IMG/VR virus record: IMGVR_UViG_3300027234_000013
Span: 1-29,756 of that record
From: a virus
Taxonomy: Duplodnaviria; Caudoviricetes
Length of the DNA stretch: 29,756 nt
Strand: one strand, 5' to 3'
Below, one piece after another: positions 5,537 to 14,751 of the stretch (position 1 is its first letter; every line of letters begins with the position of its first letter). Both the position numbers and the translations under genes were made by a program. A model generated the notes under the pieces. It did not search any database and was not told the origin of the DNA. It saw nothing but the letters and a program-made list of their open reading frames with translations.

Positions 5537-8500
5537 TTATCGACGATAGTTGTTCTCTTTATTCTGAGAATTCACGCCTTGGGCAATAGAGGGCATCATT
5601 TTGATAATCTCTTTACGAGTCTGTCTAGAGATGTCCCCTGTCACAGAAAGGTTAACTACTGTCTGACTAGCGTTACCAGCACCTCCCATAAAGCCTTTGA
5701 CTTTACTTTCAGGTACAACTAGCTCACCTGGAGTTAGCATTGTAGGTACACTGTCTACCCCTGTTTTAGAGTAAGGAGTATGAGGAACAATACCACCACT
5801 GTTCATAGCTGCACCAGCACCGCCGCTAAAGATACCTAAAATAGAACTAAGGAAGCCGCCGCCGCCGCTAGTAAGACCGCTAAAGGCAGTCTGTAAGAAA
5901 CCACCAACCTTTTCAGCCATACCAGAGAAAAGTGTACTAATGCCACTAAAGAAAGTAGATCCTGTTCCACCTTTAGCTGAAAGAGAAGATAACCCTTCAG
6001 TAATATTCTCACCAGTCTTTTTAGAAAGACCTGCCCCCCAAGACTTAATGCCTGTGAAGAGACCAGCCAGAGGGCCGTCCGTTCCGTCTTTACCGATAAG
6101 ACCTGAGAACAAAGATTCAGTAATACCTGTAGCAAAACTATCAATAACGCTACCAGTAAAGCTATCAAGCAGCATAAGGCCAAAGTTCTTAAAGTCACCT
6201 GTTTTAAGGGCTTCTGATAAACCATCTCTAAAAGAGCTAGCAAACTGAGTAGCAACTTCTTGCCCTTCGGTTTGTTTTGGTTTCTCCACTGGACCGTCGC
6301 CTCCAGAGCCTCCCGCAATTGCCCTGTCAAGAAGCTCAGCTAGGATCTCGTCCCCTTGCGAAGCCATGTTTCTAGATTTTAGTATGTCGGCTAGTTGTCT
6401 TGAAACTTTATACAATTCCTCATCGATACCTGCAACCCAACTATTTGAGCTTTCTCTAGTCGTTCTTTCCATGTTAAGAGCAAGTTTAACGTTGTTCGCT
6501 GCTGTGTCAGGGTCAATCTCAAGTGTTGCTTCAGCTTCTGGACCACCACCATTTGCTCTAAACACAGGCATAATACCTGAGTTGATCTTAGACATAAAGT
6601 CTGGGCCAAACTTATTGACAGCAGAGGCTTGTATGACATACTCACCCTTAGACAACATCGCAGGGATACTGTCTGAGGTGCTTGTGCCTGGGCCGTTAAT
6701 TAGGCCTCCTGTGGCCTTATTTGCAGGTAATGCACCTGGTACATCGCTAGGTAGAGGTTCACGCGATGATATTGTTTGTAAGGGTTTATCATTGCTTTCA
6801 AAGCCGAAAAGATCGCGAATTTTAGATTTAATATTGTCGAGACCTTCCATAAAGCCATCCGCCAGGGATCCCCCAACACCTTTAACCCAGTCTTTGATAC
6901 CTGAAAGAGCTTCGTCCCTTAGCCACTCCCCAAACTTAGTTGCTGCTTCATTCATAGAAGTTTCTAGGTCGGTAATCCAAACATTTAAATTAGATGACCA
7001 ATCGTTTATCGTAGTAGTTAAACTGTCTAACCAACCGTCTAACGCAGCTAGTACCTCAGGGCTTTTAAACAAAGCTGCCATGGCCCCCGCAGCGGCACCA
7101 ATACCAGCGCCAATAGCAGTGCCAACACCAGGTACAATAGAACCTAGCTGACCCCCTAGAACAGCGCTAGATAATGCAGAACTAGCAATACCTGTTATTT
7201 CGTCTTCTATTGCACTAATTTCTTTGTCGCCAGTACTTGAAAACCAAATTTCCCCAGCTATTTCAACTGCCGCCCCTGCCGCCGCTGCTCGAATTCCACC
7301 TTTAACTAGTTTTCCAAGGATGTTACCTGCGTTGATTGCGTTTCTTGCACCCACCCCGCCAATAAATAAAATACTTTTTATAGTCTTAGAAAAAGCTTTA
7401 TTTCCTTTAGCTGTAAAACCTACACCAAAGAGTCCAGAAGCAAGCGAACCAGCTGAACTTAAAAGTCCATTTTTAACAATACCAACAGTAGAAATACCAA
7501 GAATAGCAAGAGCAACAGCCCCCGCTAGCTTATCAGTTAACGCACCAGTGTTTTCAAAGCCAAAACCTTCTAAAATCCCTTCACCTACGCTCCCCATAGT
7601 GGAAACAATAGCTGAAAGAATTCTCTGGCCATAGCCTTTTCCTTCTCCGTCTGCTTTAAAGAAGCCAACAATGCCTTCGCCAATCTTTTTACCAATGGCT
7701 TTAGTTATTCCGTTTTCGTTAGCCCATTGAAGAATATCTGGCAAGAAGTAGAGCCCAGCTACAGTAAGTGTAATTCCACTTGTTAAAACTGTCCCTAAGC
7801 CAGTAGCAATAAGATAACCTAAACCTAAGAAAGCACCTTGCATAAGGTTTGATCTAAGCTCTGCAGGAAGGACTGCTACGATACCTGTGGCGATAACGCC
7901 CCCTATTGCTAGCCCCTTTTTATGATCCCAGAGGAAGTTACCTACGCTATTAGCAAATTCACTTGCGGTTTCAACACCGCCTCCAGCTCCCATGAGTCCG
8001 CCGACTTTACCGTCACGAGGCCCGCCGATACTTTTACCAAGGATTGTTTCATCTATTTTAGTAGATAAATCTTTACCAAGGCTCTTGGAGATTTCACTAA
8101 TCTTCTCTGCAACTGAGCTAAGATACCCAAGAAGCCCACCTTGCTCGTTGTAGCTAGCTGTGAGCGCTTCTATGGTTTCCCCTAAAAGTTCCTTCTTACT
8201 AATGAAACCAGAAGTAACAAAAGCAAAGCTCTCAGAGGCACTTACTGCCTCTTTTAGCTTGTCAGTGAAGGTGGAGATACTCATAGACACGCTGTCAAAG
8301 AAGCCCACAAGGCCTCCTGTCATGACTTTTCCGCCTGGAGTTTCTTTCTCAATGCCGTAGTACAGTTCTTTGAAAACAGCTATAACGTTTGATGAGAAGT
8401 CCCTAATTTTAGTGATGAAGCTTCCAAAAACAGAGTCTCCGACAAGGCCTTCTAGAGTAACATCGCCAGCATTCTCTTTGTGTTTTTCTAAGAAGGGCCC

Positions 8501-9688
8501 AGGAATTAAACTATCACCAGCAAGAGGATTATACCATAGATCCGTAAAGATTGCTATAACATTTTTGACAAAATTCTCAAGCCTTTTGACAAGGGCATCT
8601 TCTCCTGTAACCAAAGAGTTTAGTTCAATTGTAGGGATACTAGCCTTCAACCCCTTAAATAAGTTCTCAAAAGGAGAATCTTCACTAGTCTGTTCACCAA
8701 TGCCTAACAGTTGTTTAACTGCGTCAGTAGCTTTGGCTAGGTTCTCTCTAAAGTTTTCAATGTTAAAATCAAAAGAAAACAAATCCATTATTGCAGCTTT
8801 TGATTCATCAGCTGTAATTATAACCGATCTCGCAAAGTCAAGGAAATGATACTTGGCTAGCAGAGTGTAGTACTCAGCCCAGTCAGCAAAAAAGCTAAAA
8901 ACTTTAGTGAGCGTTATAATTTTAGAACCGACTCTAGCAGAAATACCAGTGATCTTATCAAGCTCATTCAAGGCCCTTGCAAACTCACTCTGCATAATAG
9001 AAGTAAGTTCTTCAATTGTAGGTGTTAGTAGGTCAAATTCTCTTCGGATATCCACTAGAGAGCCCAAGAGAGCATCACTGAGAACATCAGAAGTAATAAG
9101 ACCGTCAGCGGCCATTTCTCTAAGCTCTTTACGACCAACATTCAGAGACTTTGTTAAGGCTCTTAGAATTTCAGGAGCACCTTCAGAAACAGAGTTAAAC
9201 TCTTCACCACGAAGGACACCTGAAGAAAAGGCTTGACTAAGCTGGAAGAGAGCTGCTTGCTGTGTAGCTAAGGGTTGACCACCTAGTTTAGTTGCCTTGT
9301 TAATAGCCTCAGTAATTAAAAGGAATTCACCTGAACTTCTTCCAGTTCCTTCCATTGCTCTAGCAAGTCGTGAGTAGTTTGTAGCAGTGTCTTGAAGGCT
9401 TGTTCTGGACTCAATACTAAGCTTATTAAGCTTTGCCATAATGCCAGCAGTACCTTCACCCGCCGTAGTAACCAGCCTAAGTTGGTTGTTAAGCCGTTTA
9501 AAGCCATCCGCAGCAGACACAATGCTTTTAGTTGTAACAAAACCAGCATAAAAACCAAGGGCCCTTTTAATGGAACCTGCAAGGTTATGTGTTGCTTTTG
9601 TTATATTGCTAACGCTGTCTTCAACTTTTTTAAGTTCAGACCTAGCTTGTTGGGTATTAGCACGTACCCGAATTTCTACACCACTCAT
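5537..9688 (-). CDS. Tail tape measure protein (~1383 aa)
   Basis: Start re-set to ATG 9688 (SD AAAGGAG); N-terminal tape-measure motif QLSQAFSSGVLRGEEFNSVSE; A/G-rich helical body; GPGTSTSDSIPAMLSKGEYV motif; follows tail chaperones. Confidence 0.93.
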   Translation of the reverse strand: MSGVEIRVRANTQQARSELKKVEDSVSNITKATHNLAGSIKRALGFYAGFVTTKSIVSAADGFKRLNNQLRLVTTAGEGTAGIMAKLNKLSIESRTSLQDTATNYSRLARAMEGTGRSSGEFLLITEAINKATKLGGQPLATQQAALFQLSQAFSSGVLRGEEFNSVSEGAPEILRALTKSLNVGRKELREMAADGLITSDVLSDALLGSLVDIRREFDLLTPTIEELTSIMQSEFARALNELDKITGISARVGSKIITLTKVFSFFADWAEYYTLLAKYHFLDFARSVIITADESKAAIMDLFSFDFNIENFRENLAKATDAVKQLLGIGEQTSEDSPFENLFKGLKASIPTIELNSLVTGEDALVKRLENFVKNVIAIFTDLWYNPLAGDSLIPGPFLEKHKENAGDVTLEGLVGDSVFGSFITKIRDFSSNVIAVFKELYYGIEKETPGGKVMTGGLVGFFDSVSMSISTFTDKLKEAVSASESFAFVTSGFISKKELLGETIEALTASYNEQGGLLGYLSSVAEKISEISKSLGKDLSTKIDETILGKSIGGPRDGKVGGLMGAGGGVETASEFANSVGNFLWDHKKGLAIGGVIATGIVAVLPAELRSNLMQGAFLGLGYLIATGLGTVLTSGITLTVAGLYFLPDILQWANENGITKAIGKKIGEGIVGFFKADGEGKGYGQRILSAIVSTMGSVGEGILEGFGFENTGALTDKLAGAVALAILGISTVGIVKNGLLSSAGSLASGLFGVGFTAKGNKAFSKTIKSILFIGGVGARNAINAGNILGKLVKGGIRAAAAGAAVEIAGEIWFSSTGDKEISAIEDEITGIASSALSSAVLGGQLGSIVPGVGTAIGAGIGAAAGAMAALFKSPEVLAALDGWLDSLTTTINDWSSNLNVWITDLETSMNEAATKFGEWLRDEALSGIKDWVKGVGGSLADGFMEGLDNIKSKIRDLFGFESNDKPLQTISSREPLPSDVPGALPANKATGGLINGPGTSTSDSIPAMLSKGEYVIQASAVNKFGPDFMSKINSGIMPVFRANGGGPEAEATLEIDPDTAANNVKLALNMERTTRESSNSWVAGIDEELYKVSRQLADILKSRNMASQGDEILAELLDRAIAGGSGGDGPVEKPKQTEGQEVATQFASSFRDGLSEALKTGDFKNFGLMLLDSFTGSVIDSFATGITESLFSGLIGKDGTDGPLAGLFTGIKSWGAGLSKKTGENITEGLSSLSAKGGTGSTFFSGISTLFSGMAEKVGGFLQTAFSGLTSGGGGFLSSILGIFSGGAGAAMNSGGIVPHTPYSKTGVDSVPTMLTPGELVVPESKVKGFMGGAGNASQTVVNLSVTGDISRQTRKEIIKMMPSIAQGVNSQNKENNYRR

Positions 9689-9708
9689 TTTGGCTCCTTT
9701 AATAAAAT

Positions 9709-9752
9709 TGCCCCCTAACAATTTCTCGATAATGAGAAGCCATCAGGGGGCA
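9709..9752 (-). promoter_or_regulatory. Long intergenic stem-loop before tape measure (attenuator or RNA processing site)
   Basis: TGCCCCCTGATGG-C-TTCTC-ATTATC-GAGAA-A-TTGTTAGGGGGCA followed by ATTTTATT. Confidence 0.55.
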
Positions 9753-9756
9753 GTTC

Positions 9757-10086
9757 TTATTCAGGGGTTAAAATACCTATTTTTGTTAGCACTTGTTCTA
9801 TAAAATACTTTGGTGCTTGTTTACTATGACCGTTGTTTAGTTGAACAATGTGATCAACAGGGTTAAGGATTGAACCCCCTAAGAAACCATACTGATCAGA
9901 AAACTTCTTTGTTTTCCATCCAGACCTAGCCTCCCCAGTATCTACTGGAGTAACTATTCGAAGAGTATCAACAGAGTAATCCATCTTCTCTTCAATGTCC
10001 ATATTGACGAGAGACTTTAGCTCTTCCTCAACTCTCTTCATTTCTTGATGGAAGTTAACAACGTCAAAACGAATCTCGTTAGACAT
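9757..10086 (-). CDS. HK97 gp10-like tail completion/neck protein
   Basis: TPVDTGEARSGW and LNNGHSKQAPKYFIE motifs typical of this family. Confidence 0.78.
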   Translation of the reverse strand: MSNEIRFDVVNFHQEMKRVEEELKSLVNMDIEEKMDYSVDTLRIVTPVDTGEARSGWKTKKFSDQYGFLGGSILNPVDHIVQLNNGHSKQAPKYFIEQVLTKIGILTPE

Positions 10087-10441
10087 CCTTATTTCCTTTA
10101 AAGTTTACCTTCCAACCAGAGTCATCACCATTCTTTGCCTTAAGCATAAGATCTAGGAACTTACCTCTTGGAATCGCATGGTCATCTTTTTGGCTCTTTA
10201 CTGAGTTATCTTTTATGATTTTCAGTGTTGGGAAAAGGTTTTCCGCAGACTCTTTTATACCCTGCGATCTTAGCATTAAATAGGTTCTTTGGTCTTCACG
10301 CCAACCCACAGGGCGCTTATTAAAGAAGTCAATCCACTTTATAAGTTCTAAGTAAGGCATTTCCTCTTTTATTTTATAAACAGGAATTCCTAAGTTATAG
10401 GCGACTTCATAGAGAGATTCTTCTTGTGTGGTTAGTTTCCC
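10079..10441 (-). CDS. Tail assembly chaperone, gpT-like part reached by -1 frameshift
   Basis: The -1 frame is open from slippery G GGA AAC (10435-10441) through LTTQEESLYEVAYNLGIPVYKIKEE into the 93-aa ORF starting at 10360. Confidence 0.8.
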   Translation of the reverse strand, partial: GKLTTQEESLYEVAYNLGIPVYKIKEEMPYLELIKWIDFFNKRPVGWREDQRTYLMLRSQGIKESAENLFPTLKIIKDNSVKSQKDDHAIPRGKFLDLMLKAKNGDDSGWKVNFKGNKDV

Positions 10442-10731
10442 AGGTTTTCACCAAGCCCCGCAATACGCAGAATACTAGATGAGAGGTGGGTAAGCTCCCC
10501 AACAGGGAACTCATTAAATTCTTCATCGGTAATTTCGTCGGCTCCCGTGACAGCCATACGCACAACGTCTTTAATTAGAGACATGTCATCATACTCTACT
10601 TTTTTATTTTGTGCTTTTTTGATAAGCTCTTGAATATGAAGGACTTCAGAAACTGTTAGCTTCTTAACTTCAACCTCATCATTCATAAAACTTACTTTTT
10701 CAACAATCTTTTTTCCAACTAGGTGCTTCAT
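10432..10731 (-). CDS. Tail assembly chaperone, gpG-like
   Basis: 99 aa between tail tube and tape measure; ends CTG GGA AAC TAA (XXXYYYZ site). Confidence 0.82.
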   Translation of the reverse strand: MKHLVGKKIVEKVSFMNDEVEVKKLTVSEVLHIQELIKKAQNKKVEYDDMSLIKDVVRMAVTGADEITDEEFNEFPVGELTHLSSSILRIAGLGENLGN

Positions 10732-10967
10732 TTTAAGCGATCTTTCTCTGTAAATAATTCTGGGTTGTTTGCTTGAAAATCATCAAGCAACTTCCTTACT
10801 TTGTGCAATACATCTAAAGTTTCCATAATCTCACGACCAATTTCTGAGTCGTTGTCAAAGTCTTGGAACCTCTCAAAGGACTTCCGGATGCTAATATCTA
10901 CGCTTCTCCGCATGTGACGAAAAGTAGTGCGCATTACAAAAGTTTTACTAAACGGTTTATCTGTCAT
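10728..10967 (-). CDS. Hypothetical protein, ~79 aa (MTDKPFSKTFVMRTTFRHMRRS...)
   Basis: Start re-set to ATG 10967 to avoid overlap with the tail tube gene and hairpin; stop overlaps the chaperone start. Confidence 0.7.
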   Translation of the reverse strand: MTDKPFSKTFVMRTTFRHMRRSVDISIRKSFERFQDFDNDSEIGREIMETLDVLHKVRKLLDDFQANNPELFTEKDRLK

Positions 10968-10985
10968 TATACTCTTTCTGGGATA

Positions 10986-11010
10986 AGAGAGGGCGGTTAA
11001 GCCCCCTCTA
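10986..11010 (-). terminator. Stem-loop after major tail protein (weak terminator or stabiliser)
   Basis: AGAGGGGGC-TTAACC-GCCCTCTCT-TAT; poor U tail. Confidence 0.55.
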
Positions 11011-11019
11011 GTTTTGTTA

Positions 11020-11559
11020 TTAGGCAGCAGCCACAGTAGCTGGACCAAAGAAGTCAGACTGAGCAGACAACGTTACGGTTGCTGTAGTCGCATCTGTCAA
11101 GGCAGGGTTTACCAAGATAGCTTCGATTTTGCCCTTGAAGTAGAACTCTGTGTTTGCAGTTGCAAGAGTGCTACCTGCAGCTTCGTCCTGAGTTACAGGA
11201 GCCGCAGCCATCATAAAGCGGAATACAAGTTCAGTGCCGATCAAGGCGTGAATTGCTTGCATGTCTTCTGCAACGTAGTTAACAGTAACTTCCAAGCTTG
11301 GAGCGTCTGCTTGACCTTGAACTTGCGAAGAAGTTGCTTGGCCGTAAACAGGAACGTTAACGATGTTTGCAGGTGTACCAATGGATGGGAACTCACGCAC
11401 AGAAGGCATACGGACGTGGTCCGCATCAGCTGTACCTGGGGCGGTGCCAACAAAGAGAGAAGCGCATTCCGCAGCGGTGTCTGTACCCGCTGGAATTGTG
11501 CCCTTAAAGAGGTCAAGGTATGTGTAGATACCTGCCCCCAAAGATGAAATATGAGCCAT
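11020..11559 (-). CDS. Major tail (tube) protein
   Basis: 179 aa; VREFPSIGTPANIVNVPVYG...QVQGQADAPSLEVTVNY pattern; position after tail terminator and before chaperones; no sheath gene seen. Confidence 0.85.
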   Translation of the reverse strand: MAHISSLGAGIYTYLDLFKGTIPAGTDTAAECASLFVGTAPGTADADHVRMPSVREFPSIGTPANIVNVPVYGQATSSQVQGQADAPSLEVTVNYVAEDMQAIHALIGTELVFRFMMAAAPVTQDEAAGSTLATANTEFYFKGKIEAILVNPALTDATTATVTLSAQSDFFGPATVAAA

Positions 11560-11964
11560 TTAGTGTTCTCCGTATATTTTAAATGGAATTATGTAAAGTG
11601 CGCTATAAAGCGACTTATTAGATGGGTCTAGCCCTTCCACATTCAAGTAAGATGTGGCAAGCTCTGTACCATTGATTAAACGCTTGTTTTGAAGTACGGT
11701 ATCAAGAATATCTGAAATAGCCATAACACGGGATTGACCCTCGCCAGCCTTAACAAATATTTTAACTGCAACCATACCTTCTAGAATTTTATTGCCACCG
11801 TAGACATTTATGCTACTGTTGCTTGGTAAGACGTTTAGTCTACAAAATTCACTTTCTGTATTGATGTCACCTTGATAGTTATCAGGGTAAACCTCAATGT
11901 TGTTTACTGTCCAGGCCTCAGAGGCAAATACAGATTCAACGTCCGCTAAGACATTATCATACAT
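11560..11964 (-). CDS. Tail terminator/completion protein (~134 aa)
   Basis: Start re-set to ATG 11964 (SD GGAGGT); GMVAVKIFVKAGEG pattern; synteny. Confidence 0.7.
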   Translation of the reverse strand: MYDNVLADVESVFASEAWTVNNIEVYPDNYQGDINTESEFCRLNVLPSNSSINVYGGNKILEGMVAVKIFVKAGEGQSRVMAISDILDTVLQNKRLINGTELATSYLNVEGLDPSNKSLYSALYIIPFKIYGEH

Positions 11965-11965
11965 A

Positions 11966-12301
11966 CTATACCTCCTTTGCCAGTATTGCGTCAATAGTAA
12001 AGCCATTGTCACTATGATCAACAATACTGTAAGATCCGGAAGAAACAGTTAAAGTATCATAAACAGACAGGTTTAAGCCTGACTTCATAATAGCAGTAAC
12101 TGTGAAACCGTCTCCAGAAGATTTTTTGGTCGATTGCAAGATAACATCAACAGTAGTAATACTAGAAGTGCTAACTGTGCTTCGTGTTGCAAAATCATAA
12201 CCAGAGACGGTTTTTGTAGAAAGCGTACCTTGTTCTACCAAGTCACCTGCGGCAGCAAAAGCCTTATCAACAGCCTTTGTTACTTTAGCAGAGAGTGACA
12301 T
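11966..12301 (-). CDS. Head closure / head-tail joining protein
   Basis: 111 aa, beta-rich, between adaptor and terminator; call rests on synteny. Confidence 0.6.
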   Translation of the reverse strand: MSLSAKVTKAVDKAFAAAGDLVEQGTLSTKTVSGYDFATRSTVSTSSITTVDVILQSTKKSSGDGFTVTAIMKSGLNLSVYDTLTVSSGSYSIVDHSDNGFTIDAILAKEV

Positions 12302-12807
12302 TAGTTAGCCCTCCACCAGCTTGTGCCTAACCCGTCAACACCTCTTCTTAGAAGGGGTCGGATAGGTTTAATAACAAAACTAGGAGTTACAGAGATTCTA
12401 GTAACATCGTTATTAGAGTCGCTGACACTGATACTACCAATGCTAATACTCTCGTATGTTTGGGTTGTCTGTGCTACCAAGTCTTCGTTATTTAGCAGGT
12501 GTAAAGCCTGTTCATAAACAGCTACTTTGACTAGAGAAGGGATTTCTGTTTCAGAAAAAGCAATTTGCATTCCCATTCTATTATCAAGGTAGTTAGCGTT
12601 TCTTCGTGGCCATGCAAGAGCTTGGGAAGAACTAACAGCAGAGCCAATCCAAGGATTGTTGTCAATAATTTGTGTAGCAGTCACTAAAGCTTCTTCACGG
12701 GTTGAGTCTGGAGCGGAAGTCCAACTAGCAGAATCAATTCGTGTTTCAAAGTAAGCGTCAGCGTCAGCTATTTCCACATAACTATTAGTATTAAGAACTA
12801 AAGCCAT
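12301..12807 (-). CDS. Head-tail adaptor (often annotated DnaT-like)
   Basis: NSYVEIADADAYF...ALVTATQIID...QALAWPR...VKVAVYEQAL signature; directly after capsid. Confidence 0.78.
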   Translation of the reverse strand: MALVLNTNSYVEIADADAYFETRIDSASWTSAPDSTREEALVTATQIIDNNPWIGSAVSSSQALAWPRRNANYLDNRMGMQIAFSETEIPSLVKVAVYEQALHLLNNEDLVAQTTQTYESISIGSISVSDSNNDVTRISVTPSFVIKPIRPLLRRGVDGLGTSWWRAN

Positions 12808-12825
12808 TAGCTCCTCCTAGTCTTA

Positions 12826-13941
12826 TTATGAGTGGTAGATAGGCAGGATGCCCAAGTTCAATGAATCCATTTTACGGTTCCAAGAGCCAGCAGTTGCATA
12901 CGCACCGTTAGTTGCGAAAGCATTGGTTGCGCCAGCCCAGTCATAACCCATTGGGTGCATGATGAAGCCATAACGGTACCAGATGTTTGTCGAGCCACCA
13001 CCTGTGTAGGAGGCTGCATTACGATCAACTTCAACAGGAGTTGGAGTGGATACTGGTGCGAAGGAAACCGAACCTGGCTTCAATACGAAAGAACACTTAG
13101 CAGAAGTAGCGTTCAGGTCGCCCGATGCAGGTGTGATTGTCTGGCTTGCACGAGTCATGATCAGGCGGAACTTACCACCGAAGACTGTGTCAAACTCAAG
13201 GTTGCCGTCTTGTACACGAGTTTGGTCAACCAAGTTAGCTGCACGCATTTCAGCCATAACTTCTGGGGAAGTTGCCAAGTACATGAAGTCTGGTTCCATG
13301 TCTTTGTAAGCCATACCAACAGCTTTGAAGAGACGCTCACCACGAGCCGCACCAATAGCGGAGGAGTCAAAGAGGCGACGTGCATCGGAAGAACCTGTTG
13401 CAGCAGCACCGAACTCGCCAGCAGCGTTGATGTCAACGAAGAAGCCAGTGTTTGCAGCGTCTACGTCTGTATCGAAGGATACGATACCACCGTTACCTGT
13501 ACCACCAGCGTCACCGAGGGCAACCTCGTGAGCAGCAACACCTTTGAGAACGTTCAAGAGTGCATTACCCTCGTCGTCGCCACGTACTTTTGCGAAGTCA
13601 CGAGCAATCTTGGAGAGACCGTCTTGCTTCGAAACAACTTCCTGCAAGTTAACCTGCTGTGCACCGAATGTACGAACAGTCTTAACATAGTTAGCAATGT
13701 CAGTTGCGATGTCTGTGTAAGCGCCATCAGCTGCAGACGACAACGATGGAACGTTGATGTTTGCGGAGAGTGGCTTGTACCAACGGAACTGACCAACAAA
13801 GGACTCGCCGTTTGCATTGATGTCGTCACGCTGGCCAACGATGCCAGTGGAGTTAAGCTTTTTCTCAGTTGTGTAAGCCTCATCTGCATAAGCAGAGATT
13901 GCAAGTGCTACGTTCTGAAAGTCTGTGTTTGTAATAGCCAT
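12826..13941 (-). CDS. Major capsid protein
   Basis: 371 aa after scaffold; C-terminal VEVDRNAASYTGGG...RYGFIMHPMGYDW...WNRK pattern; strongly biased codon use. Confidence 0.88.
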   Translation of the reverse strand: MAITNTDFQNVALAISAYADEAYTTEKKLNSTGIVGQRDDINANGESFVGQFRWYKPLSANINVPSLSSAADGAYTDIATDIANYVKTVRTFGAQQVNLQEVVSKQDGLSKIARDFAKVRGDDEGNALLNVLKGVAAHEVALGDAGGTGNGGIVSFDTDVDAANTGFFVDINAAGEFGAAATGSSDARRLFDSSAIGAARGERLFKAVGMAYKDMEPDFMYLATSPEVMAEMRAANLVDQTRVQDGNLEFDTVFGGKFRLIMTRASQTITPASGDLNATSAKCSFVLKPGSVSFAPVSTPTPVEVDRNAASYTGGGSTNIWYRYGFIMHPMGYDWAGATNAFATNGAYATAGSWNRKMDSLNLGILPIYHS

Positions 13942-13971
13942 GATTTATTTCCTTATGGTAACTATTATATA

Positions 13972-14652
13972 TTAATAGGAGTAATTACCCAGCTGACCTT
14001 TGGCCGCTAGTGCAAGAACTTCTTCTGTTGTCATTTCACCAATAGTTTTCTTTTGTTCCATTGATGAGGTGCCAGAGGCATTTGTTTTACCAGCACCTGT
14101 GTTTGCTTTAATGCGGAATAGAAATGAATTGTCTTCACTCTTAGAGTAAGACTTAATAAAATCTTGAATGTTTGTTCCTGTTTTATGAACCCAAAGACCA
14201 TCATCATTCTGAACGAGTTGCTCGACAATATCACGATAGGCCATTTGGCGACTACGCTCGTTACGGAAGTCAAGGCCCCCTAGTACGGAGTTAACTACAC
14301 TATCCCGATTAAGCTTTACGTTTTCTTCTTCAAAAACCTTTAGCTTAGCCTGAGCTTCAGCAAGCTTTAGCTCTAGAACCTCTTGCAGTTTACCTTCTTC
14401 TTCCAGCCGTTGAATATGGGCTTGTTTTTGCTTTTGTTCAACTTCAGCAGCTTTTTTGAGAGCCTCGTCGCGCTCACCAGCCATGCGATCCATATTGGAT
14501 TTCATTTTGGCGAGCCTTTCTTGGACTTCACGTTCAATCGGATCTACCTCACTATCAGTGACAGCTTCCTCTTGAACTGTTTCTTGTTCTTGAGTCTCAT
14601 TGAACTCATCGTTTGCAGTTACTTCTTCAACTACTTTATTTTCTTCACTCAT
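13972..14652 (-). CDS. Capsid scaffolding protein
   Basis: 226 aa, acidic N-terminus, long coiled coil, FLF...GAG C-terminal pattern; immediately upstream of capsid. Confidence 0.8.
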   Translation of the reverse strand: MSEENKVVEEVTANDEFNETQEQETVQEEAVTDSEVDPIEREVQERLAKMKSNMDRMAGERDEALKKAAEVEQKQKQAHIQRLEEEGKLQEVLELKLAEAQAKLKVFEEENVKLNRDSVVNSVLGGLDFRNERSRQMAYRDIVEQLVQNDDGLWVHKTGTNIQDFIKSYSKSEDNSFLFRIKANTGAGKTNASGTSSMEQKKTIGEMTTEEVLALAAKGQLGNYSY

Positions 14653-14751
14653 TATTTCTTCCTTTCAAGCACAGCTTGAGTTATGATTTTTTTTAAATAT
14701 ACAGAGTTACAAACTCTAATTGTAGTAAGTCGCATGGGCTATTACAAATAA

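Noticed and set aside
5836-9803. Multiple alternative-frame and antisense ORFs within the tape measure gene
   Set aside because: Nested within or largely overlapping a well-supported gene; low-information translations.
12955-14010. 351-aa plus-strand ORF antisense to the capsid gene
   Set aside because: Shadow ORF expected from biased codon use in a highly expressed gene; no SD or recognisable motif, and no plus-strand genes elsewhere.
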